DNA of 64,000 nucleotides, taken from contig NC_083232.1 of the NCBI RefSeq assembly GCF_032191835.1, positions 62,062,001-62,126,000 on the forward strand. Reading direction: 5' to 3'. A program made the translations under genes and the position numbers. This document shows, piece by piece, positions 24,520 to 37,497 of the stretch (its first letter is position 1; every line of letters begins with the position of its first letter). The DNA comes from Heteronotia binoei (taxonomy: Eukaryota). The notes beneath the pieces are model-generated. The model was not told where the DNA came from, did not search any database, and saw only the letters and a list, made by a program, of their open reading frames with translations.

Positions 24520-24948
24520 TGTTTGTTTCACGCTGCTCTGTTGTTAAGGGATCTGCAGCTATTTGCGGGTAAGGCAGTCATCACTGTCCGTCACTCTAAG
24601 ATGGATCAGTTGTAGAAGGGTATGGTGCTCAAGTTGGGTAGTTGTTCAGAGCTTGAGCTGTGTCCAGTTACTGCGCTGGCTGCTTATTTGGCAGTTAGGG
24701 GGCCCATGGAGCGGTTTTTGTTTATACATTCGAATGGTGGCCCGCTGACGAAGCATCGGTTTTGGGCAGTAATGTCACGGGCTTTGGGGGAGTTGGGGTT
24801 GTCTGGGGTGCGGTTTGGGACCCACTCCTTTAGAATTGGGGCAGCCTCAACAGCAGCTGTCATGGGGTATCCTTTCACTTCCATTCAGAGATTGGGCAGG
24901 TGGCATTCCTCGGCCTATAAGGCTTGCCTTTTATTAGGCCGTGAGTGA
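24520..24948 (+). pseudogene. Tyrosine recombinase C-terminal fragment
   Basis: RHSKMDQ, GTHSFRIGAAS, LGRWHSSAYKA; internal stop upstream of ORF 24622..24948. Confidence 0.88.
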
Positions 24949-25019
24949 CTTGGTGTCTCTTTATTGTTGGTTCTGTTCTTGTTTAACTGTTTTTTTCACT
25001 TTAGATGTTGTTGTTCCTG

Positions 25020-25607
25020 GCCAGAGGAGCCGAGTTCTCGTATGCAGCCATAGCCACATGTTTTGGGCCACTCATCAGGCTCAGAGAACTGCAGTTGGCT
25101 CTCAGCTGGGACTCAGCCACCATGTGTGTATCGAATGGCGGGGGTGCTGGGGCCTTCAGTGGCCAGGCCTGCTGCCTTTGTTGTTTAAACATTGTGTGGG
25201 TCCTCCTCCTCAGGATTTAATTGTTCACCTGGGAGGTAACGATCTGGGACTCTTAAAGGGCAAGGCCTTAGTTTGGCGGGCCCGGGAAGATTTCCAGCAC
25301 ATTCGGGAGCAATGGCCTGGGACCACCATAATTTGGTCAGCCATGCTGCCCCGCCTGGTGTGGCGTTGTGCTTGGGACCCTGCAGCTATAGAAAGGGCCC
25401 AGTAATAAGGCTAATAAGGAGATCAGGAAGGTGCTGGAAAAGAGGTTGGGCCACTATTTGCCCCATCCGGACATTTTGTTGAAATTTCCTGACCTCTACA
25501 GAGGGGATGGGGTCCATCTCTCGGAAAAGGGTAATATGCTTTTCCTGAGAGATTTGCAGCAAGGGTTGTGGGTGGCTTTGGGCCTCCCAGTGGGCACTAA
25601 GCCCTAA
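25020..25607 (+). pseudogene. SGNH-like hydrolase ORF (frameshifted)
   Basis: VCSHSHMFW, VHLGGNDLG, LYRGDGVHLS. Confidence 0.85.
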
Positions 25608-26049
25608 GTAGATACTTGGCCTTAGTAGTGGCAGGTTTTGGGGGTTTAGGGTACTATGCAGCATCCCCCTTTTGGGGAATTTGGGGTCTGGCATGATCAG
25701 CCTTCGGGTTTGAAGACCCGGGTTTGGAGAATACAGACTGTCTGGGAGGCTCGGCTAGAGGGTGCCTTTCTGGCGAGACGTGCGTCTGGGTTTGGGCCCT
25801 CTTTTGCGTGCCTCCCTGCTGGGCCTGCCTGGAGGGAGCTGAGTAACACTCAGCTATGGCTGGGGGGCTGGGTCTCTCTCCCGTTAATGGCAGGGGAGCG
25901 GTCGCAGTGACCCCTAGCCCTGGCCAGGCCACTGGTGGGGTACCCTTGCTGTTTATTAGAATATTGAATAAAGTGGCCCAATTTTATACCAATACTCTGT
26001 GTCTGACTCTTTATTCCATCCTTGGGGAGCAAAATGCTCTTCTAAGTTC

Positions 26050-26620
26050 TTATTTGGAAGAGAAAAGATCAACAGCTCTCCTTTGTGTATACTTTATCTA
26101 CCGCATAACTGCAGCCAGCACAAGCAGTGACAGGCTTCCAGCCATAAATACCACATCAAATATCAAATTATTTTGTCTCTCTAAGAACTTTTTACTAAGG
26201 TTTTCTTGCTTTTTAGATCACCAGGGGGGAATTTTTTTAGTTAAAAAAGCAACCCAATTTAAACTTAACTGATGGCAATACCACTTTGCACAGTCTAGTA
26301 TTCCAAAGTTCTTCAACCTCCTGAATGTAGAGACAGAAACGGTGTTGCCATCAAGAAGTAATAATGTCAGTCCAGGAATAATATCATCCCAAGAAAATGT
26401 TTTACCCTTTTTGATTGTCAGCATTATTCAATAGGTTTGTGCCTGTGCTTATCAGAATGCATTGCTTGGGGGCTATAAAAGAATTCCTTTGTTTGCTCTT
26501 AATGTAAATTGAGGATACAATCTTCTATTCATTTCGTTGGAACTAATGAAACCAAATAAAACCAATGGGATAATTACACAACTCTGGCTTTTTATGTAAC
26601 ACATATCCATGCTGTAATAG
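26050..26620 (-). pseudogene. Degraded LINE (L1/Tx1-like) ORF2 fragment
   Basis: AT-rich decayed coding sequence next to the L1 3' end; no diagnostic motif, weak. Confidence 0.35.
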
Positions 26621-26871
26621 TTTTATATTGATATTAGCAGGACTTAGGATCTTTCCCTAAGACACTGATCAGCCCTGCCTAAGACTTTTTAAAATCGCCT
26701 TAGATTTGTGATATGATACCTTACATTTTAAAAAATGAAAGGTTATTTTTAGAACAGAAATTATGTTCTTTTTTCAAATTAGTTGTGACTAGGGACCCTC
26801 TGAAGTGGCAAAACCCACCCAACCGACTTGCCCATGCTGGTTATCTCAGATTCTTCTTGGCTAAGGGATAT

Positions 26872-27480
26872 TTTTTTTCACAAACAATTTTTATTGATAA
26901 AGGGTTTCCATTATCAATATACTGTAAATAATAAATAAAGCAATAACCCAACATAATAATAATAATATAACATAAAGAAATAAAGCTAACATCATAATCA
27001 AAACTAACAATAAATAATCAAACAGGGAGGAGAATCAAACCAGACATTAATTGCAAATCAAGAAAGCAGAATGTTCTTGTTTTCTGAACGTTTGTTGATA
27101 GAATTAATATAAAAAGGATCATTATCTATTTTTTTCAAGTACAGGAAACCATTTAGCAAAAAATTTCTGGGCTGCTTGGACCGAGTCGTTAAGATCAAGA
27201 TCAGAGGTAATCTTGTCCATTGTTATGTAGTCCCATATTTTTAGGAGCCAACAGTCAATACTCAGGCTTTGAGGAGATTTTCAAAACTGCAATGATGAAC
27301 TTAGCTGCAGTTATTAGAGTAATAAGCAATGATTTTTTTGAAAGGGAAGTTTTGACCTTAAACCGGTTATTAAAAAGTATAATATCTGCTTGCATAGGAA
27401 CCACAGTGTCTGTAATATTTTTAACATGCAGCAAGACCTTTGTCCAACAGGCTAAGGAGTATTTCTAAGATCATTATTAA
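26872..27480 (-). mobile_element. L1-like LINE 3' end remnant
   Basis: minus peptides LLITLITAAKFIIA and WLLKIWDYITMDKIT..FFAKWFPV resemble the L1 ORF2 C-terminus; A-rich end at ~26872. Confidence 0.6.
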
Positions 27481-28283
27481 ATTGAAATGATCCCCAACCA
27501 ACATTGTGTCAGCTACCATGACTGTGAGTGTAAATGAGTGCATACGGAATAAATTGTGGAAGTTAATATTTTCCTCCTTCAAAAACAGTGACATTTAAAA
27601 AGAACAAAAATATTCTTTGTCAAGTTGTCTCTTTTGGACACTGCTGAGAGACAAGGCTTACCAGCCTCTAGGTCTGACCTGAAATTCTCCTGAAATTACT
27701 TACAAGTGATTTTTAGACTACAGAGATCAGTTCCTGTGCAGGAGATGGTGGACTCTTTGATATCATATTCATGCTTAGTACCCACTCTGGCCCAAACTCC
27801 ACCTTACCCAGGCACTAGTCCTAAATTTCTAGGAATTTCCCAAACTACAAATAGCAAGCTTAGGGCAGAGTGCAAGTGGAAGAACGCACAAAACAAATGC
27901 AATCAAACACAGGTATGAGCACATTACTTTATCCACTCTGTGGTGGTGATGGCGATGAACTGAGATCATTCTCTGTCACCAATGTATCTGTGCAATGTAG
28001 AATTTTTTTTTCTGATTATGAAAGTGCTCTTATTCCAGGCCCTGGAGGATGTTGGCCCAAAATATATACAGGCCAGTTGTGACTCTTTTGCAATACATTT
28101 TATCTAGCATATATGACACCTGGGGCAGATAATTTTTTAATACCACCCTCCTCTATATGACATGTCTTTCTGGTATTGAACTATGCAATGCCTCCATTCC
28201 TGCCTGCACTGCTTTAAACAAGTCTGCCCACGATTATTAGCTGCTTTATTAAGTAAAAGTAATTCTGGAATCATAGAAATATC

Positions 28284-31200
28284 TTTTTGTTGTTCAGTCG
28301 CACAGTCGAGTTCGACTCTTTGTGACCTCATGGACAAAATCATGCCAGGCTCTCCTATCTTCCACCATCCTCCAAAGTCTGCTCAAAATCATGTTTGTTA
28401 CATCAGTAACGCTGTCCAGCCACCTCATCTTTTGCCGTCCCCTTCTTCTTTTGCTTTCTGTTTTTCCCAACATCAGGATCTTCTCCAGTGTGTGCTCCCT
28501 TCTCATTTGGTGGCCAAAGTATTTGAGCTTCAGCTTCAGCATCTGACCTTCCAGGGAACAGTCTGGGTTGATTTTCCTTAGGACTGATTGATTTGATCTT
28601 CTTGCAGTTCAAGGGACTCTCAATTCTTCTCCAGCACCACAGCTCAAAAGCATGTATTTTTCTACTCTCAGCCTTCCTTATGGTCCAGCTCTCACAGCCA
28701 TACATTACTACTGGGAATACCACTGCTTTGACTATATGGACTTTAGTTGGCAGGCTGATGTCTCTACTTTTTATTATACTGCCCAGGTTCACCATAGCTC
28801 TCCTCCCAAGGAGCAAACGTCTTTTAATTTCATGGCTACAGTCACCATCTGCAGTGATCTTGGATCCCAGAAATGTGAAGTCTGTCACTACTTCCATGTC
28901 TTCCCCTTCTATTTGCCATGGTGTGATGGGGCTGGATGCCATGATCTTAGTTTTTTTGATGTTGAGTTTCAAGCTTAATTTTGTGCTCTCCTCTTTCACC
29001 CTCAACAAGAGATTCTTTAGGTCCTCCTCACTTTCTGCCATTAGAGTGGTGTTATCTGCAGATCTGAGGTTGTTGATGTTTTTCCCAACAATCTTAATTC
29101 TGGTTTGTGCTTCGTCCAGGCCGGCATTTCTCATGATGTACTCTGCATATAAATTAAATAAGCAGGGTGACAATATACATCCTTGTTGAACTCCTTTTCC
29201 TATTCTAAACCAATCCGTTGTTCCATATCCCGTTCTGACTGCTGCTTGACCCTTATACAGGTTTCTCAGGAAATATGTGAGGTGGTCTCCCATCTCTTTA
29301 AGGACTTGTCACAGTTTGTTATGATCCACACAATCAAAGGCTTTAGCATACTCAATGAAATAGACGTTTTTCTGATACTCCCAAACTTTCTCCATAATCC
29401 AGTGAAGATTGGCAATTTGATCTCTAGTTCCTCTACTTCTCCAAAATCCAGCTTGAACTTCTGGTATTTCCTGATCTACATACTGCTGAAGCCTAGCTTA
29501 TAGGATCTTTAGCATGACCTTGCTGGCATGTGAAATGAGTGCAATGGTGCGATATTTGAACATTCCTTGGCATTACCCTTCTTTGGGATTGGATTATAAA
29601 CTGACCTTTTCCAATCCTGTGACCACTGTTGCGTTTTTCAAATTTGTTGACATAATGTGTGCATCACTTTAACAGCATCATTTTTTAGGACTTTGAATAG
29701 CTCAACTGGGATATCATCATCTCCACTCACTTTGTTGTTAGTAATGCTTTCTAAAGCCCATTTGACTTCACACTCCAGAATGTCTGGCTCAAGGCCATCA
29801 ATTTCACTGTCATGGTTGTCTGGGACATTGAGATCCTTCTTGTATAATTCTTCTGTGTATTCTTGCCACCTCTTCCTGATCTCTTCTGCTTCTGTTAGAT
29901 CCCTACTATTTTTGTCCTTTATCATGGCCATCTTTGCACGAAACATTCCTTTGATTTCTCCAATTTTCTTGAAGAGATCTCTTGTCCTTCCCATTCTATT
30001 TTTTTCCTCTGTTGCTTTGCATTTTCCTTCAGGTAGGCCTCCTTATCTCTCCTTACTGTTCTCTGGAAATCTGCATTCAGTTGGTAAATCTTTCCTTTTC
30101 ACCTTTGCCTTTTGCTTTCCTTCTTTCCTCAGCTATTTGTAAAGCCTCATCAGACAGCCACTTTGCTTTCTTGCATTTCTTTTTCTTTGAGATGGTACTG
30201 ATTGCTGCCTTCTGTACAATGTCATGAACCTCCGTCCATAGTTCTTCTGGCACTCTATCAACTCCAGTTCCTTAAACCTATTCTTCACCTCCACTATATA
30301 TTCATAAGGGATGTGATCAAGGTCAAACCTGAATGGCCTAATGACTTCCCCAGTTTTTGTCAGTTTAAGCCTGAATTTTGCAATGAGTAGCTCATGATCT
30401 GAGCCACAGTCAGCTCCAGGTCTTGTTTTTGCTGACTGTAAGGAGCTTCTCCATCTTGGACTGCAGAGTATATAATCAATCTGATTTCATCACCCATCAG
30501 GTGATGTCCATGTGTAGAGTCACCTTTTAGGTTGTTGGAAGAGGGTGTTCACTATGACCAGTTTGTTCTCTTGACAAAACTCTATTAGCCTTTGCCCGGC
30601 TTCATTTTGTTCTCCAAGGTCAAACTTGTCAGTTGTTCCAGTTACTTTTTTACTTCCTACTTTGGCATTCCAGTCCCCTATGATGAGGAGGACATTTTTT
30701 TGGTGCTAATTCTAGAAGGTGTTGTAGATCTTCATAGAACTGGTCCACTTCAGTCTCTTTTGCATCAGTGGTTGGGGCATAGACTTGGATTACTGTGATA
30801 TTGAATGGTTTGCCTTGGATATGGACCGAGATCATTTTGTCATTTTTGAGATTGTATCCCATTACTGCCTTCCTCACTCTCTTGTTAACTATAAAGGCCA
30901 CACCATTTCTTCTGCGGGACTCTTGCCCACAATAATAGATGTAGTGATCCTCTGAGTTAAATTCACCCATTTCCATCCATTTTAGTTCACTGATTTCCAA
31001 GATGTCGATGGCAAGACTGAACATCGACATCTCTTATTTGACTACATCCAGCTTACCTTGATTCATAGATCTTACATTTCACATTCCAATGCAGTATTGT
31101 TCTTTGCAGCATCGGACTTTTACCATCAGACACATCCACAGCTGAGCATCCTTTCGGCTTTGGCCCAGCCACTTCACTCTTTCTGTGGTTACTTGGACTT

Positions 31201-31468
31201 ACCCTCCATTCTTCCCCAGTAGCATATTGGGCACCTTCTGACCGGAGGGGCTCATCTTCCAGCACCATATCTTTTAGCCTTTTGTTACTGTCCATGGGGT
31301 TTTCTCGGCAAAGGTACTGGAGTGGTTTGCCATTTCTTTCTCCAGTGGATCACATTTTGCTGGGTTCTCAGCTGTGGCCTGTCCATCTTGGGTGGCCCTG
31401 TATGGCATAGCCCATAGCCTCACTGGACCGCGCAAGCCCTCTCGCCACATCAAGGCAGCAATCCATGA
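28284..31468 (-). mobile_element. Near full-length BovB (RTE) LINE, frameshifted
   Basis: APE domain ISELKWMEMGEF..IQVYAPT; RT GKGVQQGCILSPCLFNLY, NNLRSADNTTLMAE, FGHQMRREHTLEK; CTGAACAACAA tail. Confidence 0.95.
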
Positions 31469-33408
31469 GAGGGGAAATTTCTCTACCAAGACCAAAACTG
31501 ATCAATTCAGGACCCATAATTGTAGTGGTCTTATTTACAAGCCTAAAATAATGTAATATTCATGCACAATTTGGGTGTATTTTTTAAAAAGGTTTTTATT
31601 TTCCTCTTTCAAAAACAGTTGGAATAATCACCTGCTCACAGTTTGGGGATAAATTACAGAAGATACCATTTTTGGCACCAGGACACCAGCAATCTGCCTG
31701 CAGCATGGAGATGGAGCAGAATTCCAGGAACTGTTGTATTAGAGACTGCCAGAAACTGAAATCAAATCCTTTTTTATTGTCCCTTTTGATTGTCATGGAC
31801 TTTCAGCCTAACTTACTTCACAGGGTTGTTGTGCAGATCAAAAGGGAAAGAGGAGAATGATGTAAACTGCTTTAGTTCTCCGCCACTGTGGAGAAAGACT
31901 GTCCTTTTCCTAGGTAGAGGCTGCAGGGAGGGAGGAGGTGATGGAAAGCTGAAGTCAGAGGGGGCAGGTAGGTTAATGGTTGTCTGAGGGGCAGGTAGTC
32001 AGAGGGGCAGGTTGGTTAATGGTTGTCTGGGAAGGAGATAGGGTTGCCAACTCCAGGTTGAAAAATTCATGGAGATTTGAGGGGTGGTGCCTGGAGAGGG
32101 TGGGGTTAGAGAAAGTGTGGGAAAGACCTCAGATAGGTACAATGTTATAGACTCCACCCTCCAAATCAGCCATTTCCTCCTGTGGAACCATTCTTGCCAA
32201 TCTCCAGGTGAAGGCTGGAGATCACTCAGGATTACAACTGCTCTCCAGATGGCAGAGATAACTTCCTCTGGAGAAAATGGCTGTTTTTCAGGGTGGAGTC
32301 TTTGTCATTATACCCTGCTAAGTTCGCTTCCTTCCTGCTTTGCGCCCCACTGTACTTTTCCTAGGTAGAGGCTGCGGGGGGGGGGGTGAGATGGAAAGCT
32401 AAAGTCAAATCATTATCCTACAGAAAAATGGCAGCCTTGAGGTGCATACTCTATGGTATACTATAACATAACCAGACCAGGCCAAAAAAGACAGATCACA
32501 TCACAAGCTCATGCTGATGCTACAAGGTCAAATATGACAGGAAAAGGTGGCAGCAATGCATTGCAGACAGAAAGAATGCTAAGCTTCAGCATCTGCATGA
32601 TTGTTGTCATGCTATGATGACACAACAAATTGATGCTGAGTTCCCAAGGCTGGTCACTTGCTGAGAGCCTATTTTTAGAGCCCGTTGTATTTATTCTCAC
32701 TAAAGGCCTTCTTCCTAGTAGTTTCATATTTTTCCAGATGCAATTGATCTCCTGTGGTAAGTTCTATTTTAGAACTTATGTCTTAGGCAGATGGCAATGG
32801 CAACTCTAGCAACCTTACTGTTTACACAAATATGCAATGTCAAGTGTAGAAGTCAACCATGTTTTATATGGTTGCTTAAAGGAAGATAAATTGTGTGGTA
32901 AACCACTGGAATTTACACAAGCCTGCCTGTGGATAAAACAAAGATCAACACTTGCCTCTTGTGACTTTTCCTACAACATCAGTGAATGTGATTACAGCAG
33001 AGATTGGTGCCAATTAAATTTTATTTGCTTTTATACTTTTTAAACAGTACTTCTTGAGAGGAAAAGATGCAATCCTGTTTAGTATATTCCTATTTCTTCT
33101 ATTAAATGGGAGAGATTTTCCCACTTGATTTGTATGACATTTGTGGAATGATAACTAGTGCTGCTATGAGCAGAAGAGATGTGATGCAGAAGATTCATAA
33201 GAATGTTTCCTCACATTTTAATTGTCCCTTAAAAACACCCGCTGAGGGATGTGTGCTAATTTGAGTGGGAAAGAGTGCTTAACTATGCCCCCCTACCATT
33301 TTCTTGTTCTATTTTTCTTCTTCCTGATACACTCATAAACACTGTTATTAGCTTCCAGTAAGGCTTACAGAAGTTAAATCACTCTTCCCCACTGTACTTT
33401 CCCTATCA

Positions 33409-33544
33409 CAGAGGTGGCCAACGGTAGCTCTCCAGATGTTTTTTGCCTACAACTCCCATCAGCCCCAGCCAGCATGGCCAATGGCTGGGGCTGATGGGAG
33501 TTGTATGCAAAAAACATCTGGAGAGCTACCGTTGGCCACCCCTG
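33409..33544. mobile_element. 136-bp fully palindromic hAT MITE
   Basis: near-perfect foldback; perfect 8-bp TSD CCCTATCA (33401-33408 / 33545-33552). Confidence 0.9.
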
Positions 33545-36500
33545 CCCTATCAGGTTAGAAGCTTTTCCCATGGTTGCTTTGAAGTGACGATTGAAATGAC
33601 TAAAAAACTGACTACTGATCCCTTGTGGATCTTAGTGTGAAAGCAGCCATGTGTGATACAGTGCTCATGCATGAAAGCCAGTTTTGGATGTTTGTGCTGT
33701 TGCACAAGATTTGCAGCCACCCAGCAACTTCTGACCAATGGCTCAACTATCACTTGATCCAATTATCAGACAATCTGGGGGATATTTGTGACTGGCATTT
33801 ATTAGATGAGTTGAACTCACAGGAATTTTTTCATCTCTTGTAGGCACTAAGGGTTTTATTATTGTGGGGATAAACCCTAAATTAAAGATGGAGGAAGAGA
33901 ACAATTTCAAAAGCAAGTGTACATTAAAGTTTTTTTCTTCCATTTGTATTAATGACATTGCAGGAGCAAGCATCTAAGCAACATATATGGAAGCAGGCTA
34001 ATAGATTTTGATACTAAAAATATTAATACTAAAAATATTAATACTACAATTGAGTAATAAGTAATCTTCCCTGAGCATCTTCACTTTATTGTTACACCAT
34101 CTACTTGGCCTCCCTATATTGACTAATTGATTTACCATCTCAATTATTAGATTTCGGGCGGACAATTATGACATTCATATTTTAATCTGTAAAGTGTGCC
34201 CCCACTGCCTATGCTGTATTTTATGCTGTATTTTATCCTGATATGCTTGCTTGGTTGTTTGATTGTTGGGTTTTTAACCATTTTATTGTGTTTGTAATCC
34301 ACCCTGAGCCCATCATAGGAAAGAGTGAAATATAAATCTACTAAAATAAATAAATAAATAAATAAAGTAGTAAAGAGGAACCATAATATATTTTATTTTA
34401 AAGGGTTATTATTTCATGTTTGAGTACAGTGACTATGGGTCGAACATGGGGTGATTTATGCCCAGGTTTTTTTTAAAGTTATAAACAGGTGCAGGGTGTT
34501 CTTGTTTAATTACAGTCTCAGTGCTAGGGGAGGAATGTGAGTTCCCACCTTGCATCTTTTTCTTGATACAGATTACCATCTCAGTGCTGATATTTGCTCT
34601 GGGAGAGGAAACACACACAGTTACCTGACTGCCTGACTCACTGACTGCTGAGTGGAATGGCTCACTGACAGATGATAGTAACCTAGGGTAGCATGGAGGC
34701 TTTAGTGTTCTGGTGTGACTTAGAATCTGTTGTGATCAGAGGATCTGGGAAGCACAGAAAGGATTCAGCACCTTTTCAATGTGAAAGATGTGGTCCAGCA
34801 TTAAGTGACAAGAAAAGTCAACAGGGTTTAGGATCCAAGGGTAGGAATGGGCACAAACAAAGAAAATGAGGTTCAGTTAATCGTTTATGGCATGCTCAGT
34901 TAATGAACCAAGAACTGTTACAAACTTTTAACCACCAAACAAACCAGTTCAGCTTATGGTAGAACAAGCCCCTAGTATGCTAGAGACACCAAACTTGTGG
35001 AGGACGGCCAAATGATCCAGCTCTACCTGCCCTGAAAGTTTGGTGAGAGTTGGATTTATGAGGTCTGGGTTACATCCCTGCAAAGAAGGTGCCACAGGAA
35101 AGTGCTGTCTGGGGAAATGACAGGTATAAGTTCAAGAGTGTGTAGAATGGATGCTGTGCATGCTAAAGTAATCAAACTCACAGAGGATGTTTTCCTGATA
35201 CCCCTCTACATGCCCTCCAAATTATCAGCAGATTGGATTGTGTGGGGTGGGGTCTGAGTTATGGATCCCCTCCAAATCAAATTCTCCAAGAAAAAGCTTT
35301 GAAGGGAAATGTCAGTCAGAGGTTCAAAAGTGCAAGCTATTGGAGTTTCCAAGGCTAGAGAATTCCACCCCTCCTCCTGTTACTTTGAAGTTGCTTTGTT
35401 GCATTGAAGTTTGGTAAACATTTTGTTTGAGCAGAGTCAGTCTGTCTGAAAAGTATCCATCCACAAACTGCCATGAATTGCTTGAAAGTTTGTGGGAAGT
35501 TCATGCCAGTTGACCTGCTCCATGGACTGGTCAAAATTAATCATGAACTTTAGTTCATGAGCTGGTTAATGCCTATTCCTATCCAGGGACCATGACATAG
35601 TCCTCTTATTTTCTTCCTATGGTCTCTAATAAGTAAACCACTGAATATTTTGCATTTCTGTGCTCCAGCCTCCTAGCATGATTGAGATTAAAGTACACAT
35701 TCTTTGCCATGATAGATATTTTTTTTATTTTGTTCTGAAATATTTTGATATCTGAAGCAATGAGAAGACTTTGCTTATGTCACTCCACTAAATCTTTTAA
35801 TGTATTGCAGTTCTATTATAATTCAGTTATTTTTTAAGCCAGCAGCCTTTGGTAAACAACTCTGTGGCACCAATGGAGAAACAACACAGCCAGTTAGTTT
35901 GTAAATGTTTCCTCTTGAAGCACTTCCTTGAGACCACAAGACGCCATATGAAACAGCTAACAGTTTTTGCAAGCAAATGTGATTGAGTATTGTAAAAACT
36001 CTCCCATAGAATGATTGCTGGGCTTCTTGTTTTAATTATGCGACTGTCATGCCAGTGTTTAGCTGCTGTTTTTGTATGAAAAGTTGTCTAAGATGCTTTT
36101 GGAGAAATATTGATCATAACAATATGTACTTCCAAAATTTAGGTCATAATGCTGCTGCTGAAAATAATAACCCATGCCTATTGTAATACAAAAACAGGTT
36201 TTGCATAATATATATATTTAAAAGGGAGCTCTTTTGTTCAACACATATACTGATTCCAAGGTAGAATTTGTCATGAACATGTGAAGCTGCCTTACATTCA
36301 GTTTTGACTCAGTATCTTCCAGTCTCCCTAGCAGTCCTCACACATTTAGACAATCTTTCCCATCACTTGGTCTAATGTGAAGTGGTTACAATGCTAGGCT
36401 TATCCTAGTGATTCTCTCTCTGTCTAATCTAGTGATCTCCAATATTGTACTATGGTGCCCTCTGATGTGCTTCCTGGTGCACAATTGCATTTTGGCTTTT

Positions 36501-36777
36501 CTTCACTTCACTGGAGCAAGAAGTGCTTCAAAAGACCCCAGGATCCTCACCTTTGAAATTGCAAGAACTGAGGTACCCATTCAAAAATACCTGCTGCCAT
36601 GATAGGAATGCCCTTGGATTGGAACCTCCAAACATTTTGTAATTGCCTACTTCTGGAGCTGTTTTGTGCTTGTTATCACCTCCCAGGACAACCATTTCAT
36701 GATGGTGCCCATTGTCCCTTTTCAAAATTTCAAAAGTATCCACAAGCTTAACATGTCTGGAAACCTCTGGCCCAACC

Positions 36778-37402
36778 TGTCATGGGTGCTGGGGACCCTG
36801 CAGAAGAAGCTGAGCCTGCAGAAGAAACTGTGCCCCTGCCACCTGCACCAGTGCCCCTGCCACCGGCACCACTGCCCCTGCCACCGGCACCACTGCCCCT
36901 GCCTCCTACTGGAGAAGATCCAAGCCCCCCTGCCTCGCCCTCTCGGGTGGCTCGTGTGCATGACCGCCTTCGTCAGAACCTCAGGGATCGAAGGAGGGCG
37001 GCACGCTCACAAGCAGGACGCTCCCTGAGCCCTGAGTTCTAAAAGGATCCTGGCCCCTCTAGGAATGAGGATGCTTGAGTCTCAGCAGGATCCTGGTCGC
37101 CCTCTGAGTCAGCAATTAGTCCAAATGGGCAACAGACAGCAGAGGGCTATATAGCTGTGGGCTTTGGGAGAAGGCTTTGTGGAAACAACTAGTCACTTAC
37201 CTGATGTTATAGCAGCCACTTTGGCTTCTGGACCCCTTGACGTTGGCTTTGACTTCTGCACCCCCTGACTTTGACTTCTGAACCTCTGACCTGTGATACC
37301 TGGACTGTGATTTGGTTTTGGTGCTTTGAACCCTCTTTGCTCACCAGCTACAGACCTTGGACTGCCCCTGGACTTCGCCTGGCCTGGCCCCAGCTCGTGA
37401 CA
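36778..37402 (+). mobile_element. Gypsy-like solo LTR (625 bp) inserted into a SINE 3' part
   Basis: TGTCA...TGACA ends, 5-bp TSD CAACC (36773-36777 / 37403-37407), TATA-like TATATA at 37148. Confidence 0.85.
36782..37042 (+). CDS. Intact 86-aa Pro-rich ORF inside the LTR (U3); function unknown
   Basis: ATG 4 nt into the LTR, stop TAA; internal 18-nt and 21-nt repeats all in frame. Confidence 0.4.
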   Translation: MGAGDPAEEAEPAEETVPLPPAPVPLPPAPLPLPPAPLPLPPTGEDPSPPASPSRVARVHDRLRQNLRDRRRAARSQAGRSLSPEF

Positions 37403-37497
37403 CAACCTAACTCACAATGCTGTGAAGATAAAAGGGAAGGTAGAACCAGGTACACTATGCTGAGCTCCTTGGAGGAAGAATGGGATTAAAAAATATT

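Larger units (their letters stand above)
24500..26030 (+). mobile_element. Second DIRS/Ngaro-type fragment: YR C-terminus + SGNH hydrolase + 3' terminus
   Basis: homologous throughout to 4352-5900 in the opposite orientation. Confidence 0.85.

Noticed and set aside
28593-30142. Long plus-strand ORFs (198, 161 aa)
   Set aside because: Antisense shadows of BovB ORF2.
31596-31796. Cys-rich minus ORF (CWCPGAKNGIFC) as an EGF-like exon
   Set aside because: Incomplete Cys spacing and weak acceptor site.
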